Shown: positions 13,440 through 27,111 of the stretch, piece after piece
Layout: each line of letters opens with the position of its first letter
Position numbering within the stretch: position 1 is the first letter of the stretch
DNA from: Eledone cirrhosa
Lineage: Eukaryota
Length of the DNA: 64,000 nucleotides
Reading direction: 5' to 3'
Assembly: GCA_964016885.1 (NCBI GenBank)
Contig: OZ024742.1
Span: 299,150,001 to 299,214,000, forward strand
The notes under the pieces: generated by a model
Told to the model about the DNA's origin: nothing
Seen by the model: only the letters and a program-made list of their open reading frames with translations
The model's database searches: none
Program-made: the position numbers and the translations under genes

Positions 13440-13900
13440 AATACAAGCGAGTGTACTCGCATCGGAGTGCCCCAAAACACATACCACTGTGGGGCTGCCA
13501 TTGAAGAGTTTGGACTGAAACCACTGTGATGCCGCCAGAGCGCAGGCGGTTTCCCTGAGATGCCGCTCATGTTGAGAAGGAGCCAGCCTCGACGGAATTA
13601 CCCTCTTCCCATTCGAAGGATGTAAATCTCTCATCTGAGACCCTACATGCTGTGGCACGTTCTCCGCCTCCAACTTAGTCGCACCGGTCGCAGTCGAAAT
13701 CTCAGGTGTCCTCGGACCCAGTATTTTTACGCTCCTACGTAAAACCGGAACGCCAGCATCCTGTCCGAGGAAGGAACAACGCGAGTTGGGGTGGAAGCTG
13801 CAGTGGGTGTCGTTGGCCATTGTCCGCAGACATGCCTTTGCAGTGTTGGCGGGGCGCAGCTGAAACACCACCACGCCCTTGTCATAGAGACTGCCACCTT
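13440..13900 (+). mobile_element. Second, more deleted CRE-like remnant
   Basis: Nucleotide similarity to 8700-9300 (gagtgtactcgcatcggagt, cagagcgcaggc, gcctccaacttagtcgc, tgcagtgggtgtc). Confidence 0.75.
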
Positions 13901-13992
13901 CTTCTCTTCCACTTTCATTGTTCTACACACACACACACACACACACCCACACACATATCTACCTACCTACACACACATACACACACACACAT

Positions 13993-14041
<49 letters not shown>

Positions 14042-14162
14042 TATATACATGAGACAACACAGGGGAAAACGCAATACAGCGAATCGTTTGGACTAAGTTC
14101 TCATGTAAATAACCTAAAGATGTTAATACAAACCCAGGGTACTCTGAATTAAAAGCAAAATA

Positions 14163-14343
14163 TAATTGTTTCTATATTTGGCACAAGGCCAGCAGTTATC
14201 CCAGTGCATTACTGGTACTTTATTTTATCGACCACGTAAGGATGAAAGGCAAAGTCAACCTCGGCGGGATTTGAACTCATACCATAAAGGGCCGTAACTC
14301 TTTGCTGCAAAGCATGGTGTCCGACCCTCTACCGATACTGCCA
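14163..14343 (-). mobile_element. tRNA-derived SINE
   Basis: Family match. Confidence 0.9.
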
Positions 14344-14509
14344 GGTATTTTTTTCAGGGTTATAAGGAGCTTAGATCTGTTTCTTGACCGCTATATCACG
14401 TGATTGACTCCCCCTCCGTCTTTTCGAGATTCTATCTCGCGCATCACAGACGTGTTTTGAAACCCTTAATGAGGTATCCTCTTGATAAGTCGGCAGACCT
14501 CACAAAAAC

Positions 14510-14576
14510 TCTATATCTCTATGATGTAGTGTTTTTGCATAATATGCCACGAAACTACGTAGTCGGGGACTATAGA
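14510..14576 (+). ncRNA. Hammerhead-like fold with variant core ATGATGTA
   Basis: Helix I tctata-tctct/gggga-c-tataga, helix II gtg...cac, GAAA, palindromic ctacgtag, TC. Confidence 0.5.
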
Positions 14577-14640
14577 ACCAGTTTAGGTATGATATATCTT
14601 ATTACTAATTATATCTAATGTTTCTTCTCTCTTCATAATG

Positions 14641-14728
<88 letters not shown>

Positions 14729-14731
<3 letters not shown>

Positions 14732-14910
14732 AACGAGTAGGACCCCGACGGCTGAGCCCAAGCCGTTTCGACGGCTAATTCAGTCCAGAATTAGCCGTCG
14801 AAACGGCTTGAGCTCAGCCGTCGGGGTCCTACTCGTTCTTATTACCCACTCTACTACCCTAAGTATTGAGTGCGTTATGGTCCACCTGGTTCCTTACCAC
14901 ATTTCCTTCG

Positions 14911-14912
<2 letters not shown>
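14729..14912. mobile_element. Palindromic short element in (TA)n
   Basis: ~55-bp inverted arms centred near 14785. Contains GAAA-cggct-tgagctc-agccg-TC. Confidence 0.8.
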
Positions 14913-14953
<41 letters not shown>

Positions 14954-15449
14954 AAGAGAGAGAGGGATAGAGGGTGAGACAGAGAGAATTCAAAATCTGC
15001 TCAGACGTGTGGTTTGATAGGGTCTCCAGAGAGAAAGTCTTGTGATATCCAAGTATTTTCAGTCCTATCCTATTGTCGAGGATGCTTCTCTCTCCCTTTA
15101 ACTGACCATCTATTTCTTACTCCTCTGATTGATATAGAGTCACTGACTGTATATATAAATATGCTCCAGCCTTTGGCTTCCGTTTTTACCGCTTCTACAA
15201 TGGCACCTGCTCACCCTGTGCTTTCATCACTCAAACGCTCCTTCTACATGACGCCTCTCTCCAATACACACCCCTATTTTGCACCCCCCTCCCCGAGAAG
15301 GCCTTCTTTCCCAGCACATATCTTCCATGACTACATATATAACTAACTTGATTTACATGTATGTATATGAATGTGTGTCTGTCTGAGAGCGGGCGGACTC
15401 GTGTATTGTCATCGAAACGGTTCACCCTTGACCATAGGATTACATATAA

Positions 15450-16613
15450 TAATTGTTTCTACTTTTGGCACAAGGCCAGCAATTATCCAGTGTATTACTG
15501 GTACTTTATTTTATCGACCCCGTAAGGATGAAAGGCAAAGTTAACCTCGGCCGAATTTGAACTCAGATCATAAAGGGAGGTAACTCTATGCTTCAAAGCA
15601 TGGCGTCCGATCCTCTACCGATACTGCCAATCCACCGAGGCACAAGGCCAGTAATTTGGGGGGAGGGGTAAGTCGATTAAATCGACCCAGTTCATTACTG
15701 GTGCTTTATTCTATCGACCCCGTAGGGATGAAAGGCAAACTAACCTCTGCTGGATTTGAACTCAGAATGTATAGGGCAATAACTCTATGCTACAAAGCAT
15801 GGTATCTGACACTCTACTGATTCTGCCAATCCATATAATAATAATAATTGTTTCTAGTTTTGGCACAAGGCCAGAAATTATCCCAGTGTATTACTGGTAT
15901 TTTATTTTATCGACCCCGTAAGGAAGAAGTAATCCATATAATAATAATAATAATAATAATAACAATGGTTTCTGATAAAGGCACAAGGCCAGCAATTTTG
16001 AGGGAGGGGATAGTCGATTAAATCGAACCCTGTATACTACTGGTGCTTTATTTTATCGACCCTCGTAAGGTTGAAAGGCAAAGCTAAGCTCGGTGGGATT
16101 TGAACTCAGAACGTAGAGGGCCATAGCTATATGCCACAAAGCATGTTGGCAGACGCTCTACCAATTCTGCGAATCCACCACCCACCTCAGGTGTCAGGTT
16201 GATACTTGGCATGGTTTGGGAAAGAAGCAGAATTCAAAGGAAGTTTCAAATAATAATAATTGTTTCTACTTTTTGGCACAAGTGTGCCAAAAAGTAGAAA
16301 CAATTATTATTATTTGAAAGGTGGTGGATTGGCAGTATCGGTAGAGGGTCTAACGCCATGCTTTGCAGCAAAGAGTTACGGCCCTTTATGGTCTGAGTTC
16401 AAATCCCGCCGAGGTTAACTTTGCCTTTCATCCTTACGGGGTCGATAAAATAAAGTACCAGTAATGTTCTGGGTAATTGCTGGTACTTTATTTTATCGAC
16501 CCCGTAAGGATGAAAGGCAAAGTTAACATCGGCGGGATTTGAACTCGGAATGGCAAGGACCGTAACTCTCTGCGTCAAAGCATAGCGTCCGACGCTCTAC
16601 CGATACTGCCAAT
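15450..16613. mobile_element. Cluster of about 6-7 tRNA-derived SINE copies in both orientations
   Basis: Minus copies at ~15450-15637, 15639-15833, 15845-15922, 15965-16181 and 16478-16613. Plus copy at ~16320-16480. SINE-tail palindrome at 16250-16315. Confidence 0.9.
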
Positions 16614-17031
16614 CAATGACAGTAATACATAGATACATACATTGCAAACTTACATACAGACATACACACACATATACACAATGACATACAAATATAATTA
16701 TACGTGTATACCTATTGTTCAAATGAGACTGATTGCATATTTCTCTTAGTGTATTATATATCTGTATGTACGCTTTGTTGTAGTCTACGGTTGATAATTA
16801 TCACACATTAACTATATATAAAATTGAACACTCGTCTTACATTCACAAGAATGCTAACGCAAGAACGAACACTCTTGTCATTGTCACATTAACTACTACA
16901 ACACAAAGACAGGCTTGAAAATAAAGTAGCAATTGACAAGGATGTCTTGTTCCTCTTGGTAACTGTTGTTATGACAACTCACACGCCATTAAAACTATGC
17001 TTAAATCCCTTCATGTTATATATATATATAT

Positions 17032-17083
<52 letters not shown>

Positions 17084-17137
17084 ATATATTTATATACATA
17101 CACACACACACATATATATATATATACACATATATAT

Positions 17138-17169
<32 letters not shown>

Positions 17170-17208
17170 GAATATATGAATATATGTATATATGTATGAA
17201 TATATATG

Positions 17209-17246
<38 letters not shown>

Positions 17247-17877
17247 TATATATATATATATATATGTTTGTGTGTGTGTGTGTGTGCCTGTGTGTCTGTG
17301 AGTGTGTGTGTGTCTGTGTGTATGTGTTTGTGTGTATACATACATAAATGCACGATGAAGCCTCTGTGTTTATGCATAAACATTTCAGTTTATCATATTT
17401 CTCTATTTGTCTATCCACCACGCATTGTTCTTGTTCTTATTTAAGCCTTTAGCTGCTCGGCTCCTGCACTGTCTTCTCATAAACAACTCCATTATACTGT
17501 CACCACTCCGCACTCCGTTTCTCTCTCATATTTAGTTAGTAATGGATACTGCACTAAGGAAATCCTACAAAATACTCAGAGGTTAGTAAGTAGTCTTTTG
17601 AAGGTGTTTGATCTATGTGAGAGTACGGTTGTTGGATAACATGTCGTGTACCATTTATTTGTTCTGGTTTTCTGGGCATTGAGTTAACATCTCGCCGGCT
17701 TCTGCTTTGTCTTTCATCATTTTCGGATCAATTTTTTTATTGTCTCTGTCTTTTTCCCATTCACTTATTATCGCTTTCTCACTCCTTCGCTTTCTCTTCT
17801 TTTCCTTTCTCCCCCTTTGTCTTTTCCACTCTTAGAAGAAGAAGAAGAAGATAGGTGTTCATGAATTATGATACAAT

Positions 17878-18060
17878 GTGTGACAAGGCTGGCCCTGTGA
17901 ATTACCGGTACAGCCCATCTGACGGGCTTCTAAACAGTTTCCACCAACACAATTCCACTCACAAGACATCAATCGACTCGACACTATAGTAAATGACATT
18001 TATCCAAGATGCCACGCAATGAGATCGAACCCGGAAACTAATGGTTTTGAAGCACACTTA
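17878..18060 (-). mobile_element. Old second tRNA-derived SINE family (diverged copies also ~11150-11238 minus, 39485-39632 plus)
   Basis: ccaagatgccacgcaatgagatcgaacccggaaactaatggtt reads as a reverse-complemented B-box region. The plus copy begins gtatggctgtgtggttaaggagtttgcttcgcaaccacatgg. Confidence 0.6.
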
Positions 18061-18244
18061 AACATAAGTACATGTTACATCCATACTTATATAATGGGTG
18101 CCAAGTTTGGAATAATATTTCATGTCTGTCTATATAATAGATTTTAAAATATTGTTTCCATTGAGAGAGCTTACATTTTCTGATTGATTATTGTAAAGAA
18201 CTTCGACTGTTGGTACATGGCCTAACATATTTTTAAAAGGTATT

Positions 18245-18500
18245 TGGTGGTGGGTGGAGGGTATTGGGTGAAGGGTGAAGTGTGGTGGTGGGTGGATGGT
18301 GTTGGAGGAGGGTGGAGGGTGGAGGGTTAAAGGGTGTTGGTGGTGGGTAGAAGGTGTTGGTGGAGGGTAGAGGGTTAAAGGGTGTTGGATGGTGGGTGGA
18401 GGATGTTGGTGCTTGGTGGAGGGTGGAGGGTTAAAGGGTGTTGGGTGTGGATAGAGGTTGTTGATAGTGGGTGGAAGTTTAAAGGGTGTTGGTTAAAGGG
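18245..18500 (+). repeat. G-rich degenerate minisatellite
   Basis: Recurrent ggtggagggttaaagggtgttgg units. Confidence 0.85.
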
Positions 18501-18829
18501 TTCTGATTGATAATTGTATAATTGTCTTCTCTCAACCTATTGGCTTGTCCTAGAAGCTCAGACCTTGAAGGAGACATATAAGTGCCGCCGTGAAATATGG
18601 TGCGCCTTGGATTTAAAACCAGGCACAAGCCACCCATTCCACGTATTGGATTAGTACGGTATTTTATTTACTTGGAAGGAATGAAAGGAAAAGTTGGCTT
18701 GGACGGGATTTTAACAGAGAGTGCCTAGAACCGGAACAATTACTGATTGGCATTCTTTCCGACGCTCTAACAACTCACATAATGCATCGGTGTTCTTTGT
18801 TGTTTTAGTTCTTTATTTCTTTTAATTAT

Positions 18830-19400
18830 TCACAGCTTTTACAGTGTTGGTGAAGTCAATATATGTGGATTAATTTATTTTAATAGAACTGGTATTGCAG
18901 ATTTTCTTGTTTACAGGAGGAAAATGTTTTCTTACCAGATTTTAAAAAAAATGTTTCTTTCCTATCAGCGTGGCTACAGTTATTAAAAATGGAGGATTAT
19001 TCTATAGAGTATTTCTCTTCTCTTCCTACTACTCGTTTGTGTGCATCTGTTATGTTTAATGGTCTCTTTGAAACTATTAGTTATAATGTATTGTAAATTT
19101 TCTCCACTCTTTTGAATGATATGTCATCATACTAATTGTTAAATTTCGCTTGCTCGGTTTATTTGGTAGATTTCTATGGATAGACGGTTGTTGGTTTGAA
19201 TTGCTAAAATGTAATATTGTATCATTAATTTTAATGTAGGATTGAAATCTCGGATTACATTATTACCAAGTTATTATTAATGTTGAATGTTACATTTAAT
19301 AAATTCAATATATTAAGATTGATTTTTAGAGTAATTTTAAGTTCAAGTCACTCAATAATTTTACTAGGCACTTTCTACATTCATCTACTGACCAATCGTT
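18830..19400 (-). mobile_element. Highly degenerate PLE RT/thumb remnant
   Basis: Minus-strand fragments LKITLKINLNILNLLNVTFN, NPYIKINDTILH..SNQ, NNPPF and RKHFPP are collinear with PLE motifs, as in the 4.1-kb copy. Confidence 0.6.
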
Positions 19401-22400
19401 TATATTTCTTAAATTGAAAGAATATCCAGCAATATGCCGTGTACGTTCCCTGTAATTCGTGTGAATGACATTATTTACTACATAACTGACAATGTTTTCT
19501 AGGCAAAATGAATGGGGTAAAAGGAAAACAAGTAATTACGTGGATGGATAATATCAGGAGTTGGACACAGATAAAGAAAAACAAGGAATGTATAAAGACA
19601 ATTCAACCTAATGATAACAGACGAAACCAATTTTATATACATTAATTTATGTTACAAAAAAGTAATCTGTCTTCGAAATGTTTGCATTCCAGTTGACTTT
19701 ATGTTTTACTGAACAAAGGGGCATCGATAGATATTAAAACTTCTACATCATCGAATGATCCATTGAGTTTGGTGTAAGCAATATATATTTAATTGGTTTA
19801 GACTGCATAACAGAGATGAAGGATGCTGGAGGGAAGAACTGAAAAGTTAGTATTTGTTGTCTTCTCATAGATAGAATTTATAACTAATTAGACAGTGTAA
19901 ATGTTTCGTTTTATTTGCAGCATTTATTTATGTCACATGTGATATTATAGAACTTGGTTGTCTTTATATTTGTTTTAAATATATAAGGAACAGTAAGTGT
20001 TCAAGAGAGTTTCTGTCGTTTTCCATTTTATAATGGAGATAAATGACCATAGTTCACTATTATATTGCTTTTGACATTTTGAAACACATATCTATAATTA
20101 TTCTTATATCAAAACCTTTAAGCACGTTTTATAACATACTATGATCGTATGTGTCAAAATATATAGCAAAATACAAGTTTATACCGTCACTGATTGATCC
20201 AGATAACAGATGTTAAGTGACAGCTCATATTGCAGTACAAGCTACCTTAATCAGTTTTTCTCTATATTAAAACTATTATTGAAGCAGTAACTTTCTCCCA
20301 ATAAGTATGCTAGTTTATTCCTGATAATCATACGCGTGATATGACACAAGCATGTAAGTTGGTTAAATGCGCTTTACTACAACTTTTTGCACAGTATATA
20401 ACTGGATCTTTTTAGCCTGTTTATATGTCGGCAGCGCTTAGATAATTAAAACAAATTTAACCCATGACGATGCATAATAAAGATAACTACAAGATCCGTG
20501 CATGGGTGACGAACATTTCAGCAAGATAAAACCGCCAAATTTAACGTATAGCCAGAAAGGATTCTTTCACCATTGATATATTCTTACATTTACTGAGATT
20601 GTTAATACATTTGCTGTTAGATATTTTGATTCGTTTCTTTGTAGTGCAAACTCTGATAAAATACGACTCCCACAGTAACAAAGACACGATAGAAGATGAA
20701 CCCTATTTAGCGATCCTTACAATAAGTAACAACTAATTATTTGGATGTGGTTCACATGCTTCGTTTACAATCGGATTTATTCTTTTACTCTTTAGTCAAA
20801 GAGTGACGAGTAGTTACCATGATAAGTTTCAAGGTCTCTGGGACTGGTGGTAAAAAGCGGGGTAAGTTATCCCAGCATTGGAGATCTGGCCTAAATTCAC
20901 CCAATGACTAGATCGTGGAATTAAATAAGGTGACTGATTGAGTATACCATCCATGTATCGTAACGCAGGACTTGAACTCAGACAGTACAAATACTGGAAA
21001 CTATTTGATGCTACTCTCCAGCGACTATGTCACTTCAACAATTCAAAGCAGGAATTCTAAATATGTTCGGAAGTTTTGAAGCTATCAATTCTTTCGATGA
21101 GATGAAGGTTTCATAGCTATTCACAAGCTCTGATAGTTATATGTACAATTCCTTCCATGAGGTACAAAACCAGTTACGTTTAAGAATTAATGTTAAATAA
21201 CAGTGAAAATAGTGTAGGTTCCATTCCTTGATTGCTGATTTCACTTGCCGTACAACATTAATGCTTCTCAAAAAACAAGAACAAATAGAAAGGAAAGAAA
21301 GCCATCATGAGGCTCATGACAGGGCATCTAAATGGTTTTTCGACCAGCTAGAAATAACAAACATTCCAATCTCCGTTAAGTCACCTCTTATCGTCGTAAA
21401 AATAATAACTACGACTGAATATAATGTAGCTTTCGATACACAATGACGGTGATGCTAGTGATCTGAAGTCTACGCAATAAGAACCTAAATAAATTGAAAT
21501 TAACAACAACGACAACTACAATACAAGACACGAATCATTAACTCTAGCAACAATAACCGCCACAAAATATCAATAACAACTATAACCATTACTACGACAA
21601 CCAGAAACGTAACTACAATCACATCTACCACCACAACAACCACGACAACAACACTATGAAGCAAACATCAGTCTATGTTTTCTTCTCTATAAATCTGAGA
21701 CCATATATCTTATGTAATCGTTCTTATTTGACGTAATATGTCCTTAAAAGTGTTAGCAACTTTACAAATTTAATGATAGCACAAACTGCAATGAGAGTGA
21801 AATCTCCTGAAAGAATGCATATTTAGTTGGCTATCTTTCACTTTAGATGTTGCATTGATATTCTACTGCATCATTTGATGCAGTAATGTCAGTTTTCGTT
21901 AACTTAGAATTCTATGAATGCTATCTTTATGCAGACACATATATACATGGCTACAAATTAAACGTCCAGTTGCATAAATATATATATAACAATGGCAATA
22001 TAATTATAGGTATTACCTATGTTTATTCATGAACATATAAACAGGGACACACGTAAACACGCACACATACACTTATGTAAACATCTGAATATATGCGCAC
22101 CACATATATATGCGCATACATACTCACATATGCATACATACTCACATATGCATACACATATACTAACAAACATTTAGATATGCACACCACACATAGATGC
22201 AAACACATGCGCATATATACACATGCATACACATATACTTACAAACATACGTATATACACACATACATATATGTAACCGCCTGTATGTGAGCATGTATGT
22301 GTCCGTGCGTGTGTATAAATCTGTCTCTCCACATCCTGCCATACTGATATATTACCATATGTATGTGCAGACGATGATTGACAATACGTTGACACAGAAA

Positions 22401-22664
22401 GTCTTCAACTGGCAGTAAACACGCGTCGTATTTACCTCTCTGACCAGATTAAGAACAATTAAAGAACAGATATAAATAATTAAATTTAACTGCCGTTAAG
22501 AGACAAACACTTTCAGTCAAATTAAATAGTCTGAAGAACGTTTTATTTTATATGAAACTTTAGTAGTGATATTTATATTTTTATATTATGTTAAATACAA
22601 TTTCCTGTCCTCCCATTTTGCTTCAGGAAAATACTTACAAATTATTATTATTGCTATTTTCTGG

Positions 22665-23405
22665 ACGGGTGGTGGACAACATACTTTGCGTTATAAAGTT
22701 ACGGTCCTTACCTTCTGAGTTCAAATCTCGCCAAGGCTAGCTTAGCCTTTTATCCTTACGGGGTCGATAGAATAAAATACTAGTCACACATTGGTGTCGA
22801 TTTGATCGATTTTCCTCTCCCCTAAAATTGCTGGCCTTGTGCCTAAATCAGAAACCATTATTACTATCTCCCGGCCCTATACCTACTGAGTTCAATTTCC
22901 ACCCAGGTCAACTCTGCATTTTATCTGTCCTGGTTTGATAAAATAAAATACCAGTAAAGAACTAGGGTCGAACATAATCAACCTTCTAAATTGCTGGCCT
23001 AAATTAGAAATCCTTATTTTTTTCTCTTCGGGACGTCCATGTAAGTTCCTGCTGTAAACATCTGGTACACCTCCATGTTCTTGAGCTGTGGGCATCAATG
23101 AGTTTTTTTTTTGTTTTTTTTTGTGATGATGAGGGTAGTAGTACCAGAAAATTAGTGCGATCGATATACTTGACTTTCCCTTCACTATAAATTTGGACTT
23201 GATTATTAGAGGGCGGTGGATTGGCAGAGTCATTAGAGTATCGGACAAGTCCGTAGTAGTATTTCTCCCGTTCTTTACGTTTCTAATTATCCCCTCAAGA
23301 TAAACTTTGCCTATCTTTCTTCAAGCATTGATAAAATAATATACCAGGTGTGAATTTAAACGACGCCCTTTAGCCAAATTACCGGCCTTGAGTCTATGTT
23401 AGAAA
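22665..23405 (+). mobile_element. Older diverged tRNA-SINE copies
   Basis: 22665-22862, ~22885-23010 and 23211-23405 share the B box, central domain and tgctggccttgtgcc end. Confidence 0.75.
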
Positions 23406-23593
23406 TACATGTATATATGTATATATGTATATATATATATATCAATTCTTTCCCTCATTTTGATAAATAAAAAAGGTATGGCGCGCTATTGATCGATGTT
23501 CTGTTTATAATGCGCCGAAACATCCGTGATCCGTTGTAAACAGCCGACGAAGGGAAACTTTCCATCTCTTGTTTGTGTCGCCTTACCTTCTAA

Positions 23594-23638
<45 letters not shown>

Positions 23639-23690
23639 TTATAAAACTTTTAAGCTTGTTGAATCCCAACAAATTAAATATAACTTCTGC

Positions 23691-23728
<38 letters not shown>

Positions 23729-24153
23729 ATTACATTCAAAGTTATGGATGTCATGGTTGAAATAATCTCGAACATGTGTCCTGTCTCCCAAAATCTACCC
23801 ATAGAAAAAATTCAAAGAATAAATCCGAGCAATTAATCATTGTAAAATAGTGAATAACATATATATATACACTTAAATATCCAATGATATGATTGTAAAA
23901 TACATGACAAGAGAAAATCTGTATAGAATGTAAGAATACATAGTTCGTTAGAGTATCATATTAAAATTTAACAAAAATTTAAAACATAGATACCTGATAA
24001 TGTCATATACATTTATATCATTAGATATTTGCGTGTAGATATATGTCATTCACTATTTTATAATGATATATATATACTGGATCGTGAAGTATGAAATTAG
24101 TAGAAATGTGTTTTCTTTCCAGAAATTTCTACAAATTTCATACTTGACGATCT

Positions 24154-24190
<37 letters not shown>

Positions 24191-24373
24191 TTAATAATCA
24201 TGGTTATTTAATTGGTTGTTTAATAATCATGGTTATTTAATTGTCAAATCTCTTTCCTCCCGCATTCTGTGACATTCTTAATAACTATGTTGCATCACGG
24301 TATTTCCTCTACCTTTTGATTTTCTACTTTTTACTACATCTTAGTTTTCTGTGGTGCGTGTGTGGTATGTGCA

Positions 24374-24405
<32 letters not shown>

Positions 24406-25100
24406 TGTGTGTGTGTGTGTGTGTTTGCGTGTGTGTGTGTGTGTATGCTGGAGTGTATGTAAATCTTTGTATGCTACTACTTCTGCAAGAATGTGTGTAT
24501 GACATGTGCATGCGTATATGTATGTGTGGCCGTGCGTGTATATGCATGTGTGTTTGTGTATGAGTGTGCCTGTGTTTCTATCTTTATATATTGCTTCTTT
24601 CGTCTTTGGGTTAACCTTTATCTGCATATATGATGCATTTGTGATGCTCTGGGCGTACCCTCCCCCAACTATCGTGTATCTTTACATATATATGCGCATG
24701 TGTATGTATATACAATCGTTTGCATCTCTACGCTTCTTCTTATTTCTATCTCCTTGTCCATTTTGATGAGTCGTTCTATTTTTTCACTGGTCACTAGGTA
24801 TTTGCTACTCGTTTCCTTCTTTGTATTGAAGATAGTTTTATATCTGTTTGACCATTCTTGTATTACTGTCCTAGTGTGTCATAGAGTGAGAGGAAAACAT
24901 TAATCATGGAAAATGTCACAGAACGTGCCACACGTTTACTAAACTAACCGAGGAATTAATTAGTTACCTGTCCAATAATAAAGGAATATTTTGAAACTCA
25001 TATATCAATATGTTTTATCATTAGTTATCTTGCAAGACAAATACAAAAAAAATATATTCCAACTCGCCCGTCCACTCAATCTATCTTATTTCTTATTCTT

Positions 25101-25136
25101 TCTTCTGATGAAGGACTAGCGTCTGAAACGTTAAGA
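25101..25136 (+). ncRNA. Minimal type I hammerhead motif (PLE type)
   Basis: tctt-CTGATGA-a-ggac-tagc-gtct-GAAA-cg-TT-aaga. Degenerate relatives at 30405-30440 (-) and 35228-35262 (+). Confidence 0.7.
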
Positions 25137-25217
25137 CCCTCTTCCTGCTATTTCAAGCGTTAACCTAATATATTCCTTCCATATACTGTACCGATTGTGT
25201 TGTTATTTCTGTTTACC

Positions 25218-25342
<125 letters not shown>

Positions 25343-25391
25343 TGTCTGTATAGTATATTTGGTAATATTTCAGAGCACCAATCCTAATACC

Positions 25392-25481
<90 letters not shown>

Positions 25482-25613
25482 GAAAGTAGAGAAATTAATG
25501 TGAGCAAGAAGCCAACAGTATTTCATAATATATAAGTGACTATAACGTCAAAATGACTATAATTCAAACTCAATTAAAAGTTTGAGAATCCGTTGGTAAT
25601 ATTGTATATATGT

Positions 25614-25654
<41 letters not shown>

Positions 25655-26191
25655 TACAATATTGCCAAAGGTTCTCAAACTCGATGCAAAATTAGAGGTA
25701 TAGGGTGTGTCGACAGGTGAACATTCCGTGAATGTGGGTTTCTGGATAAGGTCCGACTCTCATCCATCGTAGAGTTCTACAAGGATTCTGTAATTCCGTA
25801 AACTAAATTCCACTCAAAAGTCACTGCTCAATCCAAGTCTATAGTAGAAGAAACGTGCCCCATATTCCACCCAGCTATACAGTATCTTCTGTGAGCGGAC
25901 GGGTGTGCGTGAATGTGTGTGTCTGTATATGCGCGTGTGTACGTGTGGGTACGTGTGTGTGTGCGCGCATGCATATGTTTCTTCTGTTTTGCATCTCACT
26001 AATTGAAGAAAATTGCTTGTAGTCTTCTTAGTAATGAGTGTTTTTATTGCATACGAAAATATTAAGAAGCTGAATGTACACATTAAAAGGAAAAACATTA
26101 CTGATTTGTGAACTTATGACCTACTTGAATGGCTTGTGCAATGTATTAAAAATATAATCACAATATTTAGATTCTTAGAAACAGTTTGTTA

Positions 26192-26583
26192 CGGTGGATT
26201 GGCAGTATCGGTAGAGGGTCGGACGCCATGCTTTGCAGCACAGTTACGTCCCTTTACGGACTGAGTTCAAATCCCGCCGAGATTAACTTTGCCTTTCATC
26301 CTTACGGGGTCGATAAAATAAAGTACCAGTAATACACTGGGATAATTGCTGGCCTTGTGCCAAAAGTAGAAACAATTATTTTAATATAATATGGCGGTGG
26401 ATTTGCAGTATCGGTAGAGGGTCGGACGTCATGCTTTGACGCATAGAGCTACTGCCCTTGCCATTCTGAGTTCAAATCTCGCCGAGGTTAACTTTGCCTT
26501 TCATCCTTAGGGGGTCGATTAAATAGAGTACCAGTAATGTACTGGGTAATTGCTGGCCTTGAGCCAAATGTAGAAACAATTAT
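26192..26583 (+). mobile_element. Two tandem tRNA-derived SINEs
   Basis: Family matches at 26192-26380 and 26393-26583. Confidence 0.9.
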
Positions 26584-26857
26584 TTTAATATAATATAATA
26601 ATATATATATATTTATATATGTATATATATAAGATTGAGATGTATCTCAGGTTCTTGCGATTTCAGAGTCAGTTTCGATCATCGCATCGATCGTGCCTTG
26701 AGCTGGTCGCCAGAGAAACGATTGTAATATGTCTAATAAATTTTAATTCGTCGCACCACTGATTCTTTGTTTCTTATGTGATATTATACTCTGCTCTGTA
26801 AAAGCATCAAGTGCTCAAACGGCCTACCGCATACTGACGCTTTAATCATTCCACAGC

Positions 26858-26919
<62 letters not shown>

Positions 26920-26921
<2 letters not shown>

Positions 26922-27111
26922 CGAAGGAAATGTGGTAAGGAACCAGGTGGACCATAACGCACCAAAGTACTCAATACTTGAGGTAGTAGAGTGGGTAATA
27001 GGAACCAGTAAGACCCCGACAGCTGAGCTCAAGCTGTTTCGACGGCTAATTCTGGACTGAATTAGCCGTCGAAACGGCTTGAGCTCAGCTGTCGGGGTCT
27101 TACTGGTTCCT
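26920..27111. mobile_element. Palindromic short element in (TA)n
   Basis: Reverse-oriented copy of 14729-14912 with the same hairpin centre (ctggact). Confidence 0.8.

Noticed and set aside
19660-19860. Possible minus-strand host exon after tactaac-ttttcag
   Set aside because: The branch-like motif is too close to the AG, all frames stop quickly, and there is no recognisable protein similarity.
21050-21110. Possible short plus-strand exon (GILNMFGSFEAINSFDEMK)
   Set aside because: Weak splice signals and no supporting neighbouring exons or homology.
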